Below the pieces are notes generated by a model. That model was not told the origin of the DNA. It searched no databases and saw only the letters and a program-made list of their open reading frames with translations. A stretch of 64,000 nucleotides of DNA from a virus, in IMG/VR virus record IMGVR_UViG_3300027759_000073, positions 14,559-78,558 of that record; one strand, given 5' to 3'. Made by a program: the position numbers and the translations under genes. Below are positions 19,390 through 27,146 of this stretch, piece after piece. Each line of letters opens with the position of its first letter. Position 1 is the first letter of the stretch.

Positions 19390-20827
19390 CCAATGTTTCC
19401 TTTAGTGCATTTGTTTTTAATTCTGCAAATATACGGGCTGCCTTTTCTCTTGAGCCATAGGCATTTAATTCCCTTGTTGCTATCTCCCTAGATACTAGCC
19501 CTTGTCCTTGAGCAACATGCCAAAAATGAGCACTATGAAATACTTCATAGCCGAATATTGGTGTGTCATACGACTGTGGGCAGCGCTCTTTCCATAAATC
19601 TATCAATGTGCTTAATAATTCTGGCTTTTCTGCATTTTGTTGTTCCCTCCACATTTCTGTGTCAGACCTGTCAGAAATATAGTGCATTGCGACCATCGTT
19701 ACTAGGTTCTCCATAAGCAGCGCTGTTTGCTTATTGTGCTGTTCAATAACCGCCTTTGAACCAGGGACATATGCCCCTATAACCGATACCAGCATCCTGG
19801 CCTGCTGAATAGATGTGGCAATTGAGGTTGCTTCTAATGGCTCAAGGAATGATGAGGATAGACCAACGGCAGCACAATTGTATGCCATTGCTGTCTTGTA
19901 GTATCCAGATTTAAATTTAATTATTCTTGCTGGCTGAATATCCCTGCCATGTGCGTCAGATATTTCCTTTACGGCCTGCTCGTCCGAGCAGAAATCTGAA
20001 GCAAAAACATACCCATTTCCCCTTCGCTCTTGAGTTGGTATCTCCCACATCCAGCCATTTGGCATTGCCCTTGCCCTTGTGTATGGCCTGATTTGACCAG
20101 ACTCATCAGACTCTGTCTGAAATACTGCAGCAGAATCGCATGGCAAAAATTTTCTATATGAGTAAAAGTCGGAGTCGTTGTCAACAAGTTTGCCCATTAG
20201 GGCACGGTGAAATCCAGATGAGTCAATGAAGAAATCTGCTGCTACTTCAGTTTTATTCTGCAATATGACTGACTCGATATTCCCATTCTCTGAGTTGCGA
20301 GTTATATCCTCAACTTCTCCATCTATAAATTTGATTCCTCTTGATTGTGATACATCTTTCAAGTATGTATTGAGTTTAAAAGTATCAAAGTGGAACTGAT
20401 TCACAGCATTATGTGGACTTTGCTTATTCAACGGAATTTTATTATTGTACAAATGACTTATCATTGCATTTGTTAGCAACATATTGTTTTCTATAGCAAA
20501 TGCGTAGTTCCCAGCAAAGTAGTGCGGACCTACCTCTCCACCACTAACGCTGTGGAAATAATCTGGGGTATGTGTTGTCCATCCCTCAAACCTTATGCCG
20601 TATTTATGCGTTGCTGCACAACGGTCAACCATCTCATCAACTGATATTCCGTGTTTATCTTGGAAAAAAATACGCCAGTGCTCAGTTGAGCCTTCGCCAA
20701 CTCCGATAATCCCAATTTTCTCCGAGGACACAACAGTAATTTCGTGGTATGGAAGGTGCCCTTTTAAAATTATTGCAGAGACAAGTCCAGATGTTCCTGA
20801 ACCAACAATGCAAATGTGCTTTTTCAT
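19358..20827 (-). CDS. Flavin-dependent (tryptophan-type) halogenase
   Basis: GSGTSG FAD motif, IGVGEGS, catalytic-Lys region ATHKYGI, WMWEIP (WxWxIP), FLEPLEATSI. Likely start MKKHI. Confidence 0.9.
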   Translation of the reverse strand: MKKHICIVGSGTSGLVSAIILKGHLPYHEITVVSSEKIGIIGVGEGSTEHWRIFFQDKHGISVDEMVDRCAATHKYGIRFEGWTTHTPDYFHSVSGGEVGPHYFAGNYAFAIENNMLLTNAMISHLYNNKIPLNKQSPHNAVNQFHFDTFKLNTYLKDVSQSRGIKFIDGEVEDITRNSENGNIESVILQNKTEVAADFFIDSSGFHRALMGKLVDNDSDFYSYRKFLPCDSAAVFQTESDESGQIRPYTRARAMPNGWMWEIPTQERRGNGYVFASDFCSDEQAVKEISDAHGRDIQPARIIKFKSGYYKTAMAYNCAAVGLSSSFLEPLEATSIATSIQQARMLVSVIGAYVPGSKAVIEQHNKQTALLMENLVTMVAMHYISDRSDTEMWREQQNAEKPELLSTLIDLWKERCPQSYDTPIFGYEVFHSAHFWHVAQGQGLVSREIATRELNAYGSREKAARIFAELKTNALKETLVDHASIFKKR

Positions 20828-20828
20828 T

Positions 20829-21434
20829 TCATTCAAACCATGAAACAAATGAATAACGAACCGTATCATCGCTAATACCAGTTGGATTTACATGGTGATA
20901 ATAAGGAAAATTAGATGGGAATAGGATAATGCTTCCAGCCTTTGGCTTTACTGTAACCCCAATCAATGGAAAGACAATCTCCCCACCAGTAAAATCATCA
21001 TTTAAAAATCCAATAATACTCAACACCCTTTTGTTGTCTGGATGGTGGTCAATGTGGCCTTTATACTCCGCTCCGCGACCATACTTGAGAACCCTAAATC
21101 CCTCATCTTGCTGCAAATTTAACGAATACATTGTACGATAATGCCAAATTGCCTGTTCTAGATTCTCTCGTATGTTCAACCAGGAATCAGAAAGTGGTTT
21201 CATTCTTTCGACAGTCATGAGTTCTTTGTCGAGTTGGAGCGGGCTTAATTCGCAACCCAAAGAAGAGCGATAGTCAGTTACAAACTGGTTATTATTAGAA
21301 CCAGTTCTAGTTTGATACCAATTTAAATATCCCCAATCACGCTTGCATTCTTCTTCTAGTAAGTCAATAAAATTTTCTGTTTTGAAGACTCTGTCATACT
21401 GAACAATACATGTTCCAAGTTGCTCGTGTTTCAT
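20829..21434 (-). CDS. 2OG-Fe(II) oxygenase (prolyl 4-hydroxylase-like)
   Basis: HID...LNDDFTGGE..FP...FPSNFPYYHHV...RYS. Start is 6 nt after TACTAT (leaderless). Confidence 0.9.
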   Translation of the reverse strand: MKHEQLGTCIVQYDRVFKTENFIDLLEEECKRDWGYLNWYQTRTGSNNNQFVTDYRSSLGCELSPLQLDKELMTVERMKPLSDSWLNIRENLEQAIWHYRTMYSLNLQQDEGFRVLKYGRGAEYKGHIDHHPDNKRVLSIIGFLNDDFTGGEIVFPLIGVTVKPKAGSIILFPSNFPYYHHVNPTGISDDTVRYSFVSWFE

Positions 21435-21490
21435 AAGAATATAGTATCACTAATCTCTGCAATGTCAATGATTAAATTATTAGAAATTTA

Positions 21491-22723
21491 TCATCCATCA
21501 ATGTCTTGCACGAAAGTCGTATTTCCAGTTGCAATATGCGTGCTGATATTTCTGGTTAGGACTACAAGCCCACCCTGTTTTCCAGTCGCACCAGTTCCAC
21601 CCTGCGCACCAGCGTTTCCAGAAGTTCCTGGGTTTCCAGGGTTTGCCGTTCCAGCCGCGCCTCCAGGATATGTTGGGTTGTGATATTGCGTACCAGGATG
21701 TGAATAATGGAATGAACTTCCTGGGTGTGAGTGATAATAAACTGTTGCTGGGGTGTGGTGCGCGTACGCATTAACATGGTGCCAACCAGGGTTGTGCGCG
21801 CCGTATTTACCGTTATGGCTACTGCAGCAGTGGTATGAGGCTTCTGGGTTATGAGCGGCTGCGTTGTGAGCGCCTGCATGTCCAACTGGGTTGTGCCCAA
21901 CAGCGTGACCAGTTGGGTTATGTGCAGATGTTCCAGCAACAGTGGTTCCAGCATTTCCTGCGACACCAGCATTTCCAGGATTTCCCGCACCTCCTGGATT
22001 GCCTAATGAGCCAACATTTCCTGAAGTTGGTTCGCTAACAAATGTTCCCGTTCCAGTGATGGTTTTAGCAACTACTACAACGACTCCGCCACCTTGTCCA
22101 CCAGTTCCGCCAGCACCGCCAGTTCCTGCCGCACCAAACGAGCCTCTTGTCCCAGCCGTTCCTGGGTTTCCAGCGGTTGCTCCACCGCTAGGCGAAGGTG
22201 CTGCACCTCCAGGGTTTGCTGTTCCGTCTGTTCCAGTGGAACCCAAGTTTCCAGCGGCTCCAGTTGACCCATCAGCACCAACCGCCCCAACATACCACCG
22301 TGACAAACTTGCACCAGATTGGACTACTCCATTTAACAGTGAATCGTAGTCCTTGACATTTCCTACTGGGAGAGTTCCAGATGAGTTTGCTGAATCAATT
22401 GAACTGCCAGCAGAGAATCCGCCAGTTCCATCTATTCTTGTTAGTACTGTTCCAGCCAGCACTGCCGTAGTTTGGGCTACTCCAGCAGGCATTCCGACTG
22501 TGCCGTTGTTGGTCAGTGTATTCTTTACGAATAATCTAAATCCGTTAGTAAATAAAGTTACAGATGCACTTACGGTCAAAGTATCATAATACATGTCTCG
22601 CGACAAAAAAGTATTTGTTGAAATTACAACAGTTCCATCAACGCCATTTCCGAATAACTTATCTGAGCCAGTCTTTTGAACTGGAGTTGTCCGTGTTGAT
22701 GAAAATCTGTTGATTAAAGGCAT
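21491..22723 (-). CDS. Gly-X-Y-rich virion fibre protein with His-rich insert
   Basis: GXY runs flank an ~85-aa segment with 18 His. N-terminal domain is paralogous to 22723..23457. Likely start MPLINRF overlaps the upstream stop. Confidence 0.7.
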   Translation of the reverse strand: MPLINRFSSTRTTPVQKTGSDKLFGNGVDGTVVISTNTFLSRDMYYDTLTVSASVTLFTNGFRLFVKNTLTNNGTVGMPAGVAQTTAVLAGTVLTRIDGTGGFSAGSSIDSANSSGTLPVGNVKDYDSLLNGVVQSGASLSRWYVGAVGADGSTGAAGNLGSTGTDGTANPGGAAPSPSGGATAGNPGTAGTRGSFGAAGTGGAGGTGGQGGGVVVVVAKTITGTGTFVSEPTSGNVGSLGNPGGAGNPGNAGVAGNAGTTVAGTSAHNPTGHAVGHNPVGHAGAHNAAAHNPEASYHCCSSHNGKYGAHNPGWHHVNAYAHHTPATVYYHSHPGSSFHYSHPGTQYHNPTYPGGAAGTANPGNPGTSGNAGAQGGTGATGKQGGLVVLTRNISTHIATGNTTFVQDIDG

Positions 22724-23457
22724 TACGCCACCTGCATGTAATTCACTGTTCCAGCGGAACAACCAGTGCCGCCAGTAACATCTGTTGAAACGGAACTATT
22801 TAGCACCGTTGCAGAAGATACTACCAAAATAACACCGCCACCGCCACCACCAGCACCTGCGGTTCCTGGGGCTTTGAAATATGCGGTTCCAGATGAAACG
22901 GTTATATAACGAGCAGAAATAAGTACCACTCCACCGCCTGCTCCAGATGCTCCACCAGCACCACCGCGAAGGAATGTTGGAGTTGTGCTAGATGCAGTTA
23001 CTGCCCATCCACGAATAGCCTGCAGCGGTTGCTGGTAGTACTGTGAGCCGCCAAGAGCCGCCGTTGGTGCAGTTGCAGTCTGTGTCGCGCTCGCGCCACC
23101 AAGGCTATGTGTTACAGCAACTGTTGCTGCTCCACCCTGCGCTACTGTTCCAGCAGTTGAATATCCTGTTGAGTGACCAATTACTGAGTTTGGACCAAGA
23201 GTCAGCGTATTTCTAACAAATATACGGTATCCGTTAGGAGTTAATTGAATACCATCAGCAATCGTAAGATTGTTATAGAACTTGTCCGAAGTAAGGGATG
23301 TATTCGATGAGATTGTTGCGTCTCCATCACTTCCACTGCCATACACTGGGTCTGGCAAGTTTAGGTATGTGGCAGTAGCAACAAGTGCGCTGGAAATAGA
23401 CGAAGTTGCTTCAGCCGTTGATATTCCAGTTCCGTTCACGCGAACGAACGCAGCCAT
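22723..23457 (-). CDS. Glycine-rich virion structural protein
   Basis: YGSGSDG...YNNLTI...NGYRIFV.NTL; GGGGGGVILV. Confidence 0.65.
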   Translation of the reverse strand: MAAFVRVNGTGISTAEATSSISSALVATATYLNLPDPVYGSGSDGDATISSNTSLTSDKFYNNLTIADGIQLTPNGYRIFVRNTLTLGPNSVIGHSTGYSTAGTVAQGGAATVAVTHSLGGASATQTATAPTAALGGSQYYQQPLQAIRGWAVTASSTTPTFLRGGAGGASGAGGGVVLISARYITVSSGTAYFKAPGTAGAGGGGGGVILVVSSATVLNSSVSTDVTGGTGCSAGTVNYMQVA

Positions 23458-23819
23458 TACGACTCCTCAATACCAGTAACAATAATATTTACTGCGGTGT
23501 TTGCACTTGCATAACCAATAAGTTGGTCGCTGTTTGTTGCGTTTGCAGTACTTCCGTTATTTGTAAAAACAAGGTTTGTTGAAAGTAAAACTGTTTCGTT
23601 CGCAGCAAGCGAAAGTGCATTTGTGAAGTTCTGAGTTGAAGCCTGAGCCACATTTAATGGCTTTAGAACAAGCGTTACCGTTACCGCGCTGCCAGTCGTA
23701 TTGCACAGAATAATCTGCTTTGCAATAGCCGTGGTACTAATCGGTGTGGTATAAAGAACCGTTGATGTAGTTGTCGTTAGTTGGGAAGGCCCAACAAGAC
23801 GCTTCTGTGTTAATGCCAT
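23457..23819 (-). CDS. Small beta-rich fibre-associated protein
   Basis: LYTTP...KQIILCN...SLAANET...TGIE; coupled to fibre genes. Confidence 0.6.
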   Translation of the reverse strand: MALTQKRLVGPSQLTTTTSTVLYTTPISTTAIAKQIILCNTTGSAVTVTLVLKPLNVAQASTQNFTNALSLAANETVLLSTNLVFTNNGSTANATNSDQLIGYASANTAVNIIVTGIEES

Positions 23820-24595
23820 TACATAACCTCCATATAGAATCTTATCAGACTATCTCTTACTGCTGTTGTAGTAAATGCTGTTGTAGCAATCTGGGTAGTA
23901 TTTGTTCCAGCGGATGCCGTGGCAGCCGTTGGTGCGCCAGAGAGTGCAACACTTGACTTAATTGCCGTAACTCCAGTATCAGAAACTGAAATATCTCCAG
24001 TTTCCGCCACAGCGGTTGGTACTCCAGAAGCGTTATAAACAATGATGTTTCCAGCAGTGCTTGTTGCTAACTTGCTGAGTGCAATGCCCGCTGATGCACT
24101 AATGTCTCCGTTGACGATTGTCCCGTCAGAAATCATTGCGCTAGTAACTGTTCCAGTATCGCTAGTGGTTATAACACCACTCTGATTGACCCATGCACTC
24201 CCATTCCACTTCAGGAAATCTCCAGTTGAAGGAGATGGTGCGGTAACATTGCCGATATCGTCCAGGGTATTAATTGTTGGAACTGCGGCTGCGACCCATG
24301 CGGCAGACGCCGATACATACTTCAGGAATTGCCCATCTGTCGGGCTAGGAGCGTCAACATTGCCAATGTCATCAAGGGCATTGATGGTCGGCACTGATGC
24401 TGGAACCCATACGGATGACGCTGAGAGATACTTTAGAAAGTTTCCATCAGATGGTGACGGTGCCGTGACATCGGACAGGTTATCCAAAGCAATGGCACCT
24501 AAACTTATCCATTTTTCGCCATCGTATTGCCAAGTAGAAAAACCTACGGCATAAGTTTGACCGTTTGTTGGGGAATCTGGGAAGTTAATAGCCAT
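23819..24595 (-). CDS. Tail fibre protein
   Basis: MAINFPDSPTNGQ start, three LDDxxxVxAPSPxxGxFLK repeats, PTA.TA..GTNTTQIATTAF motif. Confidence 0.75.
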   Translation of the reverse strand: MAINFPDSPTNGQTYAVGFSTWQYDGEKWISLGAIALDNLSDVTAPSPSDGNFLKYLSASSVWVPASVPTINALDDIGNVDAPSPTDGQFLKYVSASAAWVAAAVPTINTLDDIGNVTAPSPSTGDFLKWNGSAWVNQSGVITTSDTGTVTSAMISDGTIVNGDISASAGIALSKLATSTAGNIIVYNASGVPTAVAETGDISVSDTGVTAIKSSVALSGAPTAATASAGTNTTQIATTAFTTTAVRDSLIRFYMEVM

Positions 24596-24618
24596 AAGTG
24601 CTTAGTCTCCTTGTTTCT

Positions 24619-24828
24619 TCATTGCTGGTCGGCAGATAGTCCACTTGTATTTCTTCCAACAAAAGTATCACCCGCAATATTATACCGTGACGAGGCAATT
24701 TGGTTAGAGCCTGATATTGGGCGGGATTGGCTGTATATCCATTCACCGAGCGTGTCGGCTCTAGCGACGGTAGACCATAATGCCAGTAAGGCTACTGGAA
24801 CAAAAATTAACCAACGACTTTTAATCAT
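24619..24828 (-). pseudogene. Probable truncated secreted-protein remnant
   Basis: Clear signal peptide MIKSRWLIFVPVALLALWSTVARA|D, but only 69 aa in total. Confidence 0.4.
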
Positions 24829-25549
24829 ACTTTTTTGGAACCCAATATTTTTGAGAATACCCACCAATTAACTTGCTAAAAATTTTGTGCATCCTAAACA
24901 GGTTAGTTTTTTCGTTTAATTTTATTCTTTCACTTTTCCAAATTTCTCTCTTAAAAGGAATTATTTGAAGTATTGGAGTTCCTGCTGGTATTAATCCAGT
25001 AAAACCTTTTTTAATAAAGAAAGGAATACTTCCAGTTCCAGCAAACAAACCAGTATCTGTATCAATCACTCCAGCAGTAGTAACAAAAGGAGATTCAGTA
25101 TCATTCAAAGGTTGCTGAATCAAACACGAATAACCCTTTGGGGTAATTGGGGCATAATACATTTGCCAAGCAAACTCGTTTTCATGGCAACCAATTGGGG
25201 TTGGAATACTTTTTCTGGTTGCAACTATAAACGGATTAGGTTGACAGGCATACACCCATTCAATTTCATCTCCAACTTCTGTAATATAAATATCAGTCCA
25301 AGTTTTATATATGTAACCAGCCGTCATTGCATCCCTAAAAGGAACACACGCTTTAACGGTTAAATCAAGTCTGCCATTAAACATTTTTCTAGGAAGGTTT
25401 ACGGCACGCAATCTTTTGTACCAAGATGGAATAGATTTTGTTGCTGATTTTGGTACTTCTACAACATCCCAAGCATCATTGTTTGTTGATTCAAATGTAA
25501 TTAATTTTTCTTTTAGAAAGAAATCCAAGAAATAGTTGCTTCGTCCCAT
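24821..25549 (-). CDS. Conserved phage hypothetical, paralog of 18532..19389
   Basis: IPSWYK, KACVPFRDAMTAGY, TPKGYSCL, GVIDTD, GTPILQIIPFKR. Confidence 0.7.
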   Translation of the reverse strand: MGRSNYFLDFFLKEKLITFESTNNDAWDVVEVPKSATKSIPSWYKRLRAVNLPRKMFNGRLDLTVKACVPFRDAMTAGYIYKTWTDIYITEVGDEIEWVYACQPNPFIVATRKSIPTPIGCHENEFAWQMYYAPITPKGYSCLIQQPLNDTESPFVTTAGVIDTDTGLFAGTGSIPFFIKKGFTGLIPAGTPILQIIPFKREIWKSERIKLNEKTNLFRMHKIFSKLIGGYSQKYWVPKKYD

Positions 25550-25866
25550 GCGTACAGTTTTCCTTCTTCAATAGTTGGATGTGGAACTGGAGGTTGCCAA
25601 TCAAAATTTTGGTCTAACGACCATGAAGCATACGGTTTTTCAAATATAAAAACATCATTTTCTCTAAGATATTGCAGCCCCACGGAACCATACTGTTTGC
25701 GTATTTCAGGTGAAGTTTGTAGCCATTCGCCATCAAGACCTAAAGATGCAATAAATGTTTGACCTGCTTGTTCCGACTCAGGGAACACGCCTCCAGCGCA
25801 ATCACTATCATCAATAACAATCACATTCGTAACAATGTTGTTTTCAATTTTTGCAAAGTTAGCCAT
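25513..25866 (-). CDS. Fibre-associated small protein
   Basis: MANFAKIENNIVTNVIV...WLQTS...PYASW.L....W.PP...Y.WDE....W; a type commonly found after Gly-rich fibres. Confidence 0.65.
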   Translation of the reverse strand: MANFAKIENNIVTNVIVIDDSDCAGGVFPESEQAGQTFIASLGLDGEWLQTSPEIRKQYGSVGLQYLRENDVFIFEKPYASWSLDQNFDWQPPVPHPTIEEGKLYAWDEATISWISF

Positions 25867-25868
25867 AG

Positions 25869-27146
25869 TTATACCAGTGTAATTACGAAGTTAGATGAGC
25901 CAGTAAAAGTGTGAATGGTATATCCACCACTGGTAGATGTTGAACCACCAGTAACAGACATACCAGCAGCAGCAGATGTCAAGTAGGAAACATAAACCAC
26001 ACCTTGAACTCCAGCACCTCCACTGCCAGAAGCGTATGCACCGCCACCTCCACCAGCACCATATTGTGACCCATTTGCGCCGTTGCCGTTCACTGCTGCG
26101 CCACCATTACCGCCACCGCCTGAACCACCTGCACCGCCAGTTCCAGAACCACCACCACCTGCACCACCAAATACGGTTGAACCTACGCCGTTAATAGAAC
26201 AGGCAGTTCCAGCACCACCTGCTGCACCTTGTGCGCCACCGTCACCAGATTTACCGCCAGTACCACCAGTATTTGTAGTACCAGAACCGCCAGCGCCACC
26301 GTTACCGCCGACATTTCCAAATGCGTTAGCACCAGTACCGCCACCATTCCCAACAACAGTTGAACCAGTAAAGTACGAAACAGATTGACCAGAAACGCCA
26401 CCAACAGTAATCGTGTACGAACCAGCAGCCTGAGCAGCAGGTTGAACTACACCACTTCCAGCACCACCACCGCCTCCACCGCCGCCGCCTGAACCAGTAC
26501 CACTACCGCCAGAACCACCACCGCCAACAACAAGTGTTTGAACGGTAAGAGTTGAAGCAAGTGTTGTGAAAGCAACACCAGCCGATTGTGAACCAACACC
26601 ATAAGCGTTCTTAGGTCGCATATAAACTGTATATCCAGTAGATGCCGTCAAACCAGTCAAGTTCTTAGGACTTGACGAAACACCAGCATCAACCCAACTA
26701 GACAAATAATAATCGTAACCAGTTATCGCACCACCACCAGCAGTAGTTGTAAAGTTCACTGTTGCTGTAGTTCTTGAAATACTGCTTACAGAAGTAATTG
26801 TTGTTGTGCCAGTCGGGATTCCATCGGTTGTAAACGAAACACCAGTTGAAGCAGGACCAGAACCAACAGCATTAACTGCACGCAAATAAACCGTGTATGC
26901 AGTGTTCTGTGTTAAACCACTTACTGTTACTGGACTGGTTGCATCAGCAGGGGATAGTGCTGTCCATGAAGAGTTGTTGAACGAGTATTCGTAGTTCGTA
27001 ATTTCCGAACCACCGTCGTCAGATGGAACAGTAAAAGAAATAGAAACACTTGTATTGATTGGAATAGCACTTAAAGAGGTTGGGGCTGTTTTGGGTGCGG
27101 TTGCACCCTTCATACTCCCAATCATTCCCGATATTGCACCAGTCAT
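25869..27146 (-). CDS. FN3-repeat plus glycine-rich tail fibre/receptor-binding protein
   Basis: Two FN3 domains (DGGSEITNYEYS, GL...T.YTVY.R..N..G); C-terminal Gly-rich domain ending GGYTIHTFT. Confidence 0.8.
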   Translation of the reverse strand: MTGAISGMIGSMKGATAPKTAPTSLSAIPINTSVSISFTVPSDDGGSEITNYEYSFNNSSWTALSPADATSPVTVSGLTQNTAYTVYLRAVNAVGSGPASTGVSFTTDGIPTGTTTITSVSSISRTTATVNFTTTAGGGAITGYDYYLSSWVDAGVSSSPKNLTGLTASTGYTVYMRPKNAYGVGSQSAGVAFTTLASTLTVQTLVVGGGGSGGSGTGSGGGGGGGGGAGSGVVQPAAQAAGSYTITVGGVSGQSVSYFTGSTVVGNGGGTGANAFGNVGGNGGAGGSGTTNTGGTGGKSGDGGAQGAAGGAGTACSINGVGSTVFGGAGGGGSGTGGAGGSGGGGNGGAAVNGNGANGSQYGAGGGGGAYASGSGGAGVQGVVYVSYLTSAAAGMSVTGGSTSTSGGYTIHTFTGSSNFVITLV

